DNA of 64,000 bases, taken from the NCBI GenBank assembly GCA_963816145.1, contig CAWFJP010000018.1, forward strand, positions 32,001 to 96,000, given 5' to 3'. Each line of letters opens with the position of its first letter. Position 1 is the first letter of the stretch. A model generated the notes under the pieces. The model was not told the DNA's origin. It did not search any database and worked only from the letters and a program-made list of their open reading frames with translations. This DNA comes from an uncultured delta proteobacterium. GTDB lineage: Bacteria; Desulfobacterota; Binatia; UBA9968. Below are positions 1 through 9,570 of the stretch, piece after piece. The position numbers and the translations under genes are program-made.

Positions 1-644
1 TCGGCTTCCGCTCCGGTGAGAAGCCAGTAATCGCCGCGCTTCAAGTTGCCTCGCGGTTCACGAAATGGACCGGCCGGTAACACCCTGCCGGAATAGTCGC
101 TGCCGAGCAGCACTAAATCGACATCGCGTTGGATTTGCCGGTGTTGAAATCCGTCGTCGAGGACAAAAACGTCGACATCTTCCCGGCGCAACAATTCCTG
201 GGCCGATTGCATGCGATCGGCTCCCACCCCCACGGTCTGCTCGTAAAAGCGTGCCATCATCAGCGGTTCATCCCCCGCCTGAGCCAACTCGTCTTCGTTT
301 TGAGCGATATCGCTACTCATCTTGCTCGGTTGCAAAATGACCGGCTGAGTTTCCTTGCGCCGGTAACCCCGGCTCAAGATTCCAACTTTAAACCCTTGAC
401 GGCGCAACTCACCGGCGAGCCAAACACAGGTTGGCGTCTTACCGGTACCGCCGACCGTCAAGTTACCGATACTGATGACCGGCCTGGGCAGGCGAACCGA
501 CTGAATCCAACCCCGAGTGAAAAATAAATTGCGTAACTGCACGATGACTGCATATCCCAACGACGCCGGCCATAACAATGTTCCAAGCAGCTTGCCACGG
601 AATCCGCTCCGCTGCCACACCCGCCGCACCACCGTACTAGACAT
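1..644 (-). CDS. lpxK: Tetraacyldisaccharide 4'-kinase (3' end runs off the window)
   Basis: Not in the ORF track. Manual translation from ATG 644 gives MSSTVVRRVW...PVISIGNLTVGGTGKTP...ILSRGY...AGDEPLMM...VLDDGFQH, all LpxK motifs; follows waaA. Confidence 0.93.
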   Translation of the reverse strand, partial: MSSTVVRRVWQRSGFRGKLLGTLLWPASLGYAVIVQLRNLFFTRGWIQSVRLPRPVISIGNLTVGGTGKTPTCVWLAGELRRQGFKVGILSRGYRRKETQPVILQPSKMSSDIAQNEDELAQAGDEPLMMARFYEQTVGVGADRMQSAQELLRREDVDVFVLDDGFQHRQIQRDVDLVLLGSDYSGRVLPAGPFREPRGNLKRGDYWLLTGAEA

Positions 645-680
645 AAAACGTTAAACCGATCACCGATCTCCTCATCCGCA

Positions 681-1976
681 CTATGAAACCTGCACTGTCG
701 CACCCCGCGAGTCTGATAAGTAGCGTGCCGCCAGGGCGTAGTTATTCTCGACTGCCACATCTCCGTTTACCGACACAGTGAGAGCCTGCTCTCCCATGGC
801 GATCCGCTTGTCTTCGTCCGCTAACAATTTAGCCAGTGTAGTGCACAAGGCGTGGCCGTCAGCAACCTCGATGGCGGCCCCCTTGGCTTTGAATTCCTCG
901 GCGACCGCTTTCACATTGGACATGTAGGGGCCGAAGAGAATCACTTTGCCCGCCCGCGCTGGTTCGAGAATATTGTGACCGCCGACATCGACTAGACTGC
1001 CGCCGACAAACGCGATATCGCCGCAAGCAAAAAACTCTCCGAGTTCGCCCAGCGTATCCAGGAGCAAGATATCTTGAGCAAATAGCCGATCATCCGCGGT
1101 CCGGCTCCTCCGGCAATAACCGAAGCCACTGCGCCGCAGGAGATCCTCCACCTCATCAAAACGTTGGGGATGGCGCGGCGCGAGAACCATCGTTAGCTCG
1201 GGAAATTTCGGCCGGAGCGCGGCGAAAGTCGATAACAGCGTTTGCTCTTCGCCCGCATGCGTGCTGCCGGCGACTAGCAACATTTTCCCGTAACGGGGCA
1301 ATTGCGTGAAGCGAGGCGATTGCGGCTTTGCCTCGGACGATTTAAGGCTGCCGACCACCGACACCCTGCTTTCGTCCGCGCCGAGCTTGATGATCCGTTC
1401 GGCATCTTCGCCGGTCTGCATCCCGATGGCGGCAAAACGGAGCAGCACTTGGCGGAAAAAGCTGCGGAATTTTTCATAGTGTGGATAGGAACGTGCCGAC
1501 AAGCGACCGCTGAGCATTACCGTCGGAATGCCGCGGCGAAAGCATTCGCCCAACAGATTCGGCCATATCTCGGTTTCGACAAAAACCATTAAAGACGGGT
1601 TCCACTGGGTCAAGGCGCGCCGAACGGTCCACAATAAATCGAGGGGCAAGAAAATTACCCCATCGACCCCGGAAATTTTCTTGGCAATCTCATTGCCGGT
1701 GAACGTAAATGTCGACAACAAAATTCGCCGGCGCGGATGGTGCGCTTTCAACTCCCGTATCAGCGTGGAAACCGAACGCACTTCGCCGACCGATGATGCG
1801 TGGATCCAAACCGGCCTGGCGCCCGCCATGGAGCGCACTTGTGCTTGTGGGAAAAAACCATAGCGCTGCCACAGCCCAGCGCTAAATCGTTTGCCTAACA
1901 GCGGCACAATTAGCGTAATCGGGAAGGTCAGCAAGAACAGGAACGTGAGCAGGCAGTTATAGCCAATGAACCACAT
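681..1976 (-). CDS. waaA: 3-deoxy-D-manno-octulosonic acid (Kdo) transferase
   Basis: WIHASSVGE, ETEIWPN, AGSTH, APRHPQRF, FVGGSL..GGHNILEPA motifs. Confidence 0.96.
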   Translation of the reverse strand: MWFIGYNCLLTFLFLLTFPITLIVPLLGKRFSAGLWQRYGFFPQAQVRSMAGARPVWIHASSVGEVRSVSTLIRELKAHHPRRRILLSTFTFTGNEIAKKISGVDGVIFLPLDLLWTVRRALTQWNPSLMVFVETEIWPNLLGECFRRGIPTVMLSGRLSARSYPHYEKFRSFFRQVLLRFAAIGMQTGEDAERIIKLGADESRVSVVGSLKSSEAKPQSPRFTQLPRYGKMLLVAGSTHAGEEQTLLSTFAALRPKFPELTMVLAPRHPQRFDEVEDLLRRSGFGYCRRSRTADDRLFAQDILLLDTLGELGEFFACGDIAFVGGSLVDVGGHNILEPARAGKVILFGPYMSNVKAVAEEFKAKGAAIEVADGHALCTTLAKLLADEDKRIAMGEQALTVSVNGDVAVENNYALAARYLSDSRGATVQVS

Positions 1977-1993
1977 CGCTCGTGAGACGCGTC

Positions 1994-3775
1994 CTAGTGA
2001 ACCAATTCGGCTTCGTTCGTTTGGCGGTTATCCAGCAATTGAAGCGAGTAGAGCCGGCTATATTCGCGATCGCGGGCAAGCAATTCGTCATGGGTGCCTT
2101 CTTCGGCGATCGCACCATCGACCATCACGACAATCCGATCAGCCTTGCGTATAGTCGACAGCCGATGGGCGATAACGATCGTCGTCCGGGTGCGCATCAG
2201 AGTTTCCAGCGCGTCTTGAACCGAACGTTCGGAGTCGGCATCCAACGAGGAGGTCGCTTCGTCGAGGATCAGAATCGGCGCGTTTTTCAGCAGCGCCCGT
2301 GCGATCGCCAACCGTTGGCGCTGGCCACCAGATAGTTGCAGCCCCAATTCGCCGATCTCCGAGTCATAACCGTTGGGCATCGCATCGATGAACTCATCGG
2401 CATGGGCCGCCTTGGCCGCGGCGATGATCGCATCCATATCCCGCTCGGGATCGCCGTAGGCGATATTGTTGCGTATGGTATCGTTGAACAGGAACGTGTG
2501 CTGCGTAACAATGCCGATTTGGGCGCGCAGTGACTGCACCGTGAGATCGCGAACATCGACACCGTCAACAAGGATTCGACCTGATTTGACATCGTAAAAA
2601 CGCGGGATCAAATCGACCAGCGTGCTTTTACCGACGCCGCTCATCCCAACCAACGCAACCATTTGGCCCGCTTCGACGGTGAGAGTGATGTTTTTCAGTA
2701 CCGGAGTTTCCGCGTAGGCAAAGTTGACATTCTGGAATTCGATCTTGCGCGTGAACGGCTTAGCCGGTTGGGCGTCCGGTTTGTCGCTAACCTCAGGCTT
2801 TTCGTCGAGCGTCTCGAAGACTCTTTCGGCGCCAGCCAGACCTTGATGGACCGCCGCATAGGTACGACTAAGGCCTTTGAATGGCGCGTACATGAGAAAC
2901 ATCGCCGCCATGAACGCAAAGAACTCGCCTTGGGTGCGGCCGCCCCGGATCACGCTCCAGCCGCCGTACCAAACGACGCCGGCAATACCGAATGAAGCCA
3001 GCAGTTCCATCGAAGGCGCAACAATTGACTTGATCCTACTGGCGCGCAGCGATTGTTTAAACAGACGGCCATTCTCGGCCATGAAGCGCCGGTCTTCGTA
3101 GTTTTCCATGCCGAAAGCCTTAACGATTCGGTTGCCTTGAATGCTCTCTTGCAGCAGCACGGTGAGCCTGCCGGTGCTCACTTGCCCGCGCTTGGTAAAT
3201 TTCTTCATGTTTCCGCTGAGTCGCATGATCGGCAGCACGGAGGCGGGAAAAACGAAAAAGGCGATCGACGCCAGTACCCAATCCTTCAGGAACGCGACCG
3301 TGACCAAAGCGATCAGGGAAGTGGTGTCTTTTAGAAACGACGCCAGCGCATCGGTGATCGAGAAGCGGAGTAACAGGACGTCGCTGTTGACCCGAGAAAT
3401 CAAGGTCCCCGTAGGATGGCGGTAAAAAAATGACAAGGAAAGCGACTGGAAGTGGCGATTGAGCGCATTACGCACATCGTTGATGATGCGCAAGCCAACA
3501 TAATCGGTAAGATAGCTTTGGCCAAATTGCATCACACCGCGGAACACAAAGAGTCCAATCACTAAAAACGGGATCATGTTGAGCGTCGCTTGATCCTTTC
3601 GACCGAACACTCCGTCCATGATCGGCTGCACCAGGAACGGAATCGAACCGTCGGTCACGCCGTACAGCACCATACAAATCATCCCCAAAACAAAATACGG
3701 CCAGATATAAGGCTTTAGAAACTGCAACAAGCGGCGGTAGGTTTTTAACGCATTGGTCTGCTCTGGGTTTTTCAT
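1994..3775 (-). CDS. msbA: Lipid A export ABC transporter (permease/ATPase)
   Basis: N-terminal TM domain plus GMSGVGKST, LSGGQRQR, LILDEATS; lies between lpxB and waaA. Confidence 0.93.
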   Translation of the reverse strand: MKNPEQTNALKTYRRLLQFLKPYIWPYFVLGMICMVLYGVTDGSIPFLVQPIMDGVFGRKDQATLNMIPFLVIGLFVFRGVMQFGQSYLTDYVGLRIINDVRNALNRHFQSLSLSFFYRHPTGTLISRVNSDVLLLRFSITDALASFLKDTTSLIALVTVAFLKDWVLASIAFFVFPASVLPIMRLSGNMKKFTKRGQVSTGRLTVLLQESIQGNRIVKAFGMENYEDRRFMAENGRLFKQSLRASRIKSIVAPSMELLASFGIAGVVWYGGWSVIRGGRTQGEFFAFMAAMFLMYAPFKGLSRTYAAVHQGLAGAERVFETLDEKPEVSDKPDAQPAKPFTRKIEFQNVNFAYAETPVLKNITLTVEAGQMVALVGMSGVGKSTLVDLIPRFYDVKSGRILVDGVDVRDLTVQSLRAQIGIVTQHTFLFNDTIRNNIAYGDPERDMDAIIAAAKAAHADEFIDAMPNGYDSEIGELGLQLSGGQRQRLAIARALLKNAPILILDEATSSLDADSERSVQDALETLMRTRTTIVIAHRLSTIRKADRIVVMVDGAIAEEGTHDELLARDREYSRLYSLQLLDNRQTNEAELVH

Positions 3776-4923
3776 ATAATCATACCAAGTGCTATTTGCG
3801 CCACACGTTCGGCCGCGCCGGGGGATCCCAAACGCTCGCGCAGCCGAGTAAGTTCTTCAACAATATCCGAGCGCGCTTTGTCGTCGCTTAACATCCGGCG
3901 GCTTTCGGCGATCAGGCGCGGCGGATTAAACTCGCCCTGGACCAACTCCGGCACCAGGCGCTTGCCGGCGATCAGATTGACCATACCGATATGCTCAACC
4001 CGGACGAGAAGCCGCGCTATGAAATAAGTCAGCCAAGACACGCGGTAAACGACAACCATGGGGCGCGTCAGCAGCGCGGTTTCGAGAGTCGCCGTACCAG
4101 ACGCGGTCCAAACCAGATCCGCCGCCCGCAAAGCGTCATAGCGATCCTGCTCGATGATGGGAATCGTCGCATTGGCAATCATCTTCCGCAAATCGCCGGT
4201 CTCGATCGTGCTCGCGCGCAGACAATAGAACTGCACGTTGTCCGCCGCCTGCATCTCTGTGGCGGCCGCGAGCATCGTTGGTAGATGACGGCTCACCTCA
4301 CCGTGGCGGCTACCGGGCAAAAGCGCAATAGACTTTTTCCCAGGATTGAGGCCGTAACGCGCCAACACCGATTCACGGCTTTGTTCCGCCGAAACAGTCT
4401 CTAATAATGGATGGCCGACAAACGCCACATTGACACCGTGGCGCTGATAAAAATCGACTTCAAAGGGAAACACCACGGCCATCCGATCGACCGACTCGGC
4501 GATCTGGCGAACCCGGCCGCGGCGCCAAGCCCAAATTTGCGGACTGATGTAATAGAGCACGGGTATTCGCAGCGATTTGGCAATGCGCGCCAGTCGCAGA
4601 TTGAATTCGGGAAAATCAATGAGGATCAGTAAATCCGGCCTTCGCTGTCTGAGCGCGCCGCGCAAAAGCTGATACGCCTGGCAAATATTTTTCATGTTGC
4701 CGGCAAGCTCCACGAGTCCCATTCCGGTCAGCTGCGAGACGTTGAAGAGTTCCTCGAAATCGGTTTCCTGCAACTGCTCGCCGGCAACCCCGAATATTTT
4801 CAAATTGGCATCTTGGCGATGTAGAGCCTTGACCAAATTGGCGCCATGCACATCACCCGATGCTTCGCCAACCACCAACATCACTTGCTTCGCTCGACTT
4901 GCCACGCGCTCGTTAGGTCGCAA
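3772..4923 (-). CDS. lpxB: Lipid-A-disaccharide synthase
   Basis: GEASGD, IDFPEFN, YYISPQIWAWR, VGHPL, LLPGSR, ASGTATLE. Confidence 0.96.
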   Translation of the reverse strand: MRPNERVASRAKQVMLVVGEASGDVHGANLVKALHRQDANLKIFGVAGEQLQETDFEELFNVSQLTGMGLVELAGNMKNICQAYQLLRGALRQRRPDLLILIDFPEFNLRLARIAKSLRIPVLYYISPQIWAWRRGRVRQIAESVDRMAVVFPFEVDFYQRHGVNVAFVGHPLLETVSAEQSRESVLARYGLNPGKKSIALLPGSRHGEVSRHLPTMLAAATEMQAADNVQFYCLRASTIETGDLRKMIANATIPIIEQDRYDALRAADLVWTASGTATLETALLTRPMVVVYRVSWLTYFIARLLVRVEHIGMVNLIAGKRLVPELVQGEFNPPRLIAESRRMLSDDKARSDIVEELTRLRERLGSPGAAERVAQIALGMII

Positions 4924-5857
4924 GGTCGGACAGCTGAGCGCTGATCATGGAGGCGATTTCCAAGGCCCGCAAACCTTCAGTACCGCCGACGAGTGGAGGA
5001 GTCCGGGTACGTACGCAATCGAGAAAGGAATCGATTTCGTCGGCCAGGGCGTCGCCATCTTTGATTTCAATATTCTCGGCGCGGATATCAAGCCAACCGG
5101 CCCCCGGTTTCGGCTTATGAAAAATCTGCGCGCGCCGTTGATCGTAGTCGATGGAGATATACGCGTCCGGTTGAAAGAAACGCACCTTACGTTCGCGCTT
5201 GATCGACACACGGCTGGCGGTGACATTGGCAATGCAGCCGTTCTCGAAGGTGATACGTGCATTGGCGATGTCAGGCATTTCGGTCAACACAGGTACACCC
5301 ACCGCCTCGACCCGCCGAATCGGTGAGCGCACCAAGCTGGTGATGACGTCGATATCGTGGATCATCAGATCCAACACGACATCGACATCCGTGCCGCGCT
5401 CGATAAAAGGCGCCAGGCGGTGGCATTCGACGAATTTAGGATCCTTAATAATGCCCTCGAGACGGCGAATCGCCGGATTGAACCGTTCAAGATGACCGAC
5501 TTGGAGCAACGCACCCTTGGCCGCCGCTAACGCGACCAGCTCGTTGGCCTCCGCCAAGTCCGCAGTCAACGGTTTTTCGACCAAGACATCGATACCGGCG
5601 GCAAGAAACTCCCGTGCGACTCGGTAATGATAACGAGTCGGCACAGCAATGCTGGCGCAGCGAATTTTGCCGAAAAGCTCGCGATAGTCGGTAAACGCCT
5701 GCGCTCCCACCAAATGGCCGATCGCGCGGGCGCGCTCGCCGTCGACATCGACCACACCGACGAGGTGTGCCATTTCCGACGACGCATACTTCTCCGCGTG
5801 AAACTTGCCGAGATATCCGACACCGACGACCGCGACGGGTAATGCTTGGAGGGCCAT
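4913..5857 (-). CDS. Gfo/Idh/MocA oxidoreductase, probable UDP-GlcNAc 3-dehydrogenase (GnnA-like)
   Basis: VVGVGYLG, VEKP, VGHLERFNPA, DLMIHD; position inside the lpx cluster matches gnnA. Confidence 0.8.
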   Translation of the reverse strand: MALQALPVAVVGVGYLGKFHAEKYASSEMAHLVGVVDVDGERARAIGHLVGAQAFTDYRELFGKIRCASIAVPTRYHYRVAREFLAAGIDVLVEKPLTADLAEANELVALAAAKGALLQVGHLERFNPAIRRLEGIIKDPKFVECHRLAPFIERGTDVDVVLDLMIHDIDVITSLVRSPIRRVEAVGVPVLTEMPDIANARITFENGCIANVTASRVSIKRERKVRFFQPDAYISIDYDQRRAQIFHKPKPGAGWLDIRAENIEIKDGDALADEIDSFLDCVRTRTPPLVGGTEGLRALEIASMISAQLSDLAT

Positions 5858-5869
5858 GTTCCTTGCCGG

Positions 5870-6676
5870 CTAAGCGGCTATCGCGACGACGGCGATGCCG
5901 CAATCATCAGCTGTACGCAACAATTCTTCTTTTTCGATCAATATCGCTTTGCCTGCCTCAATGGCGAGCACCGCGCCGCCAACCTCGCGCAGAGAATTGA
6001 TCGTCTCGACACCGACGGCCGGCACATCGAAGCGCAAATCCTGTTGCGGCTTACTGACCTTGACGACCACACAGCCCGATTTGGCCAACTGGCCGCCGCG
6101 TTGAACCGCCGCGTCGGTGCCTTCTACCGCTTCGACAGCGAGAATCACCTGATTCTTTAAAACTACCGTCTGCCCAATACCTAATCGACCGATTTCCTTC
6201 GCCAAGCGAATCCCCAACCTAATATCGTCCCACTGCGCCGCGCTGGGCGTTTTGCGCGTCAGAACCCCTTCTCGCGCGATGAGACTGGTCAAGCAGAAAG
6301 TCGAGTCGACAATCCGAATACCGTCGCTAGCCAGCTCATCTGCGATGCCGCGCAAAAGCGCGTCGTCTTCGCGGCTTTTGATCCTAGCAAGAAAACGCGC
6401 GCCACGGAGATCCGGTCGGAAATTACCGAGTAGTCGGACCTTGCGAATACCGCCAGCCATCACCGCCTCGGCCACGCCGGCTTTTTGAAAAGTTCGAATA
6501 ATTTTTCCCAATTGACCGACGTAAATCCAAGTAAACTCGTCGACGCGATCTTCCAGGGACGCATCGGTTTCCTCGCGATGCGCCACCGCGACAACCGAGT
6601 AGCCCTGACGCTTCGCTTCCTCGGCAAAAATCAGCGGAAACTTGCCGTTCCCGGCAATCAATCCGATTCGATTCAT
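5870..6676 (-). CDS. lpxI: UDP-2,3-diacylglucosamine diphosphatase LpxI
   Basis: MNRIGLIAGNGKFP, IGQTVV, AVEAVEGTD, KPQQDLRFDVPAVG; start trimmed to ATG 6676. Confidence 0.93.
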   Translation of the reverse strand: MNRIGLIAGNGKFPLIFAEEAKRQGYSVVAVAHREETDASLEDRVDEFTWIYVGQLGKIIRTFQKAGVAEAVMAGGIRKVRLLGNFRPDLRGARFLARIKSREDDALLRGIADELASDGIRIVDSTFCLTSLIAREGVLTRKTPSAAQWDDIRLGIRLAKEIGRLGIGQTVVLKNQVILAVEAVEGTDAAVQRGGQLAKSGCVVVKVSKPQQDLRFDVPAVGVETINSLREVGGAVLAIEAGKAILIEKEELLRTADDCGIAVVAIAA

Positions 6677-6724
6677 CGTGGTGACCTCGAAAGGCTCCGC
6701 GCTACGGTAGATAAACACAAGGAT

Positions 6725-7501
6725 CTAGCGGCAAATCCCGCGCTCAGAAGCAGCGATGAAAGATACAAACTGTTCGATCTCCTGCAGCGCCGGCAACTCC
6801 TTGCGGATCTTCTCCAAGGCCTCGTTGGTTTTGAGCTTGGAGCGAAACACGACGCGATAGGCTTTATGGATCGCGTCGATTTTGGCTTTGTCGAAACCGC
6901 GCCGTTTCATCCCCTCGACGTTGAGACCATGCAATTTGGCGCGGTCGCCGGTAGCATTGCAAAACGGCGGCACATCCTTGGAAACCATCGCGCCGGCGCC
7001 GAGAATCGCCCCCGAACCGATCCGCACGAACTGATGAATCCCGACCAAACCGCCGACAATGACGTTATCCTCGATCACGACATGGCCGCCGAGGGTGGCG
7101 CCGTTGGCGATGACGTTGCGATTCCCGACGATGCAGTCATGGGCAATATGACAATACATCATGAGCAGGTTTTGACTGCCCACCCGAGTGATCATACCGC
7201 CACCGACAGTCCCCGGATTGAGCGACGCGAACTCCCGGATGGTGTTATTGTCACCGATGATGAGCTCGCTGGGTTCGCCTCGATATTTTAGATCCTGAGG
7301 AATCGTCCCCACGGTCGCGAACGGAAAAACCACATTGCCGCGCCCCATCGTGGTCAACCCATCGACAACTGCATGGGACTGAATCTTAGTTCCCGCGGCA
7401 ATTTTGACATTGGCGCCGATAACAACATAGGGACCAATCACAACATCGTTCGCCAGATCTGCGTGCGGATCGACTATCGCGGTGGGGTGAATTTTTGCCA
7501 A
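6725..7501 (-). CDS. lpxA: Acyl-ACP--UDP-N-acetylglucosamine O-acyltransferase
   Basis: IHPTAIV, hexapeptide repeats, PQDLKY, HIAHDC, LGGHV, IHQF. Confidence 0.96.
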   Translation of the reverse strand: MAKIHPTAIVDPHADLANDVVIGPYVVIGANVKIAAGTKIQSHAVVDGLTTMGRGNVVFPFATVGTIPQDLKYRGEPSELIIGDNNTIREFASLNPGTVGGGMITRVGSQNLLMMYCHIAHDCIVGNRNVIANGATLGGHVVIEDNVIVGGLVGIHQFVRIGSGAILGAGAMVSKDVPPFCNATGDRAKLHGLNVEGMKRRGFDKAKIDAIHKAYRVVFRSKLKTNEALEKIRKELPALQEIEQFVSFIAASERGICR

Positions 7502-7515
7502 CTGCGCCGACCGTC

Positions 7516-7953
7516 CTACTCCATCCCAACTTCCATGGCCGAGATCAGCGCTTGCGCCGCGACTTTACCGTCAACCGTAGCCACGCCTTGCATCCTCCAG
7601 TAGGCGCCCCGGCGCTTTTGACAGGTCAATTCCATGCGCAATTGATCGCCGGGTACGACCGGGCGCTTGAACTTCACCTGATCGAGGCCGGTTAGCATGA
7701 ATATTCGCTTATCGTTCATACCACCGCGGGTGGTATGGGCAAAGATCGCTCCCACTTGCGCCATCGCTTCGCAAATCAAAACACCGGGCATGACGGGATG
7801 ATCCGGAAAATGGCCCTGAAAAAACGGCTCATTGAAAGATACATTCTTGACGCCGACGATCTTTTCGTCACCTTGGATCTCGACGATCCGGTCGACCAAA
7901 AGGAACGGATAACGGTGCGGCAAATAGTTGAGGATTTCCTTGGCGTCCAACAT
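7516..7953 (-). CDS. fabZ: 3-hydroxyacyl-ACP dehydratase
   Basis: LPHRYPFLLVDR, FFQGHFP, PVMPGVLICEAMAQ; start at MLDAKE. Confidence 0.96.
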   Translation of the reverse strand: MLDAKEILNYLPHRYPFLLVDRIVEIQGDEKIVGVKNVSFNEPFFQGHFPDHPVMPGVLICEAMAQVGAIFAHTTRGGMNDKRIFMLTGLDQVKFKRPVVPGDQLRMELTCQKRRGAYWRMQGVATVDGKVAAQALISAMEVGME

Positions 7954-7967
7954 CGGCAATCTTTTTA

Positions 7968-9017
7968 TTATTTTTTTACTAAGTCGGCAATTTGTCGTTC
8001 CATGGCACGAACCGAAGCCCACAGCTTCGGCAGTTGCGGCAACAGTGTCATCACTTTGAGCCACTCATGATGCGGTGCCGCAGCGATGCCTCCGGACAAA
8101 ACCACACCGGCAGGCACCGACTTGGGGATCCCTGATTGTGGGCCGATGATAGCTCCATCGCCGATCTCAATATGATTGACGATGCCCGCCTGCCCAGCGA
8201 TGGTCACATGTTTGCCAACCTTGGTACTTCCGGCGATACCCGCCTGGGCTGCGACTACCGAATGCTCCCCGATATTCACATTGTGGGCGATCTGCACGAG
8301 ATTGTCGATCTTGGCGCCGCGGCGTATCACCGTTCGGCCCAGAGTCGCACGATCGATGGTTGTATTTGCACCAATCTCAACGTCATCTTCGACCACGACA
8401 ACACCGATTTGTGGAATCTTGACACGACTCTCGCCGCGGCCGGCATAGCCGAAACCGTCGCTGCCGATGACCACACCCGCGTGAAGTATCACCCGATCAC
8501 CGATGCGGCATCCATGTCTAACCACGACGTTGGGATGAAGTACGCAATCGGAACCGATCTCGACATCGTCGCCGACAAAGACACCCGGGTAAAGCGCTGA
8601 ATTGCGGCCAACTTTGACACGCGCGCCGACATAGGCAAGCGGGAAAACCGTAACTCCCTCGTCAATGACCGCCGATGCATCGATGCTGGCTTGAGCACTG
8701 CGAGTTTGGGCTAGCGGAGCGGCTGGCGAAAACAGCTGGAGAATCTTCGCGAACGCGACATAGGGGTCCGCAGCTTCAAGAAACGCAACCGGCGACCGCC
8801 CGAAATATTCCGCTGCAGCGCCGATACCGACAATGACCGCGCTGGCCCGGCAACGTTCCAAGTATTTGGCGTAGCGGGTATTGGTAAGAAAGGTAATCTC
8901 ACCGCTAGCCGCTTCGTCTATGGGCGCCACCCGTTGAATGATGACCGCGCCATCGCCAACAACCTTTCCGCCGACAAAGGACGCCAGTTCAGCTAAAGTT
9001 CTCGCCGCGATGGACAC
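7968..9017 (-). CDS. lpxD: UDP-3-O-acyl-glucosamine N-acyltransferase
   Basis: [36 protein letters not shown]. Confidence 0.96.
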   Translation of the reverse strand: MSIAARTLAELASFVGGKVVGDGAVIIQRVAPIDEAASGEITFLTNTRYAKYLERCRASAVIVGIGAAAEYFGRSPVAFLEAADPYVAFAKILQLFSPAAPLAQTRSAQASIDASAVIDEGVTVFPLAYVGARVKVGRNSALYPGVFVGDDVEIGSDCVLHPNVVVRHGCRIGDRVILHAGVVIGSDGFGYAGRGESRVKIPQIGVVVVEDDVEIGANTTIDRATLGRTVIRRGAKIDNLVQIAHNVNIGEHSVVAAQAGIAGSTKVGKHVTIAGQAGIVNHIEIGDGAIIGPQSGIPKSVPAGVVLSGGIAAAPHHEWLKVMTLLPQLPKLWASVRAMERQIADLVKK

Positions 9018-9524
9018 TTACTTTTTGGCCCGATTGAAGGTCTCAATCACCTTGTTGGTGAGATCGATGGCCTGATCGCCGAAAAGAATCTGCGAACGAT
9101 CGAGGATTAGGGTAAACTTATCGGCTTTGCCGATTTCGCTAACGACCCCTTCGAGATCCTTGAGAATATCTTGCATCATCTCGCGCTCTCTTAATTGTAT
9201 TTCCTGTTGCAGGTCGCCCATGGTTCGCTGAAGAGTAACCGAACGCTTCTGAAAATCCAATTCGAGATTTCGTCTCTCTTCCTCTTTTAGCAACGGGCCT
9301 TTCTTTTCGAGATCGGCGCGCAGCCGTTCAAGGTCTTGGCGCTCTTTGAGCGTGTCCGCCTCGGCTTTTTTCAGCTGGGCCTGCAAGCGTTCGCCGGCTC
9401 GTTTTCCTGGGGCGGACTCGGTGACCACCCGTCGTACATCGATATAACCGATTTTCATCCGATCCTGCGCCATACCAGGCGTCCAGGATAGCCCCAACAG
9501 TAACAGCACGAACCAATATTTCAC
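9018..9524 (-). CDS. skp: OmpH/Skp periplasmic chaperone
   Basis: Signal peptide, KIGYIDV, coiled coil, DLTNKVI end; between bamA and lpxD. Confidence 0.92.
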   Translation of the reverse strand: MKYWFVLLLLGLSWTPGMAQDRMKIGYIDVRRVVTESAPGKRAGERLQAQLKKAEADTLKERQDLERLRADLEKKGPLLKEEERRNLELDFQKRSVTLQRTMGDLQQEIQLREREMMQDILKDLEGVVSEIGKADKFTLILDRSQILFGDQAIDLTNKVIETFNRAKK

Positions 9525-9570
9525 TCATAACCTCCAGTTACGTTTGTGGTAGTAAAAATGAAGCAATCCG

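Noticed and set aside
129-527. 132-aa plus-strand ORF
   Set aside because: Antisense shadow of lpxK, which is open on the minus strand with clear motifs.
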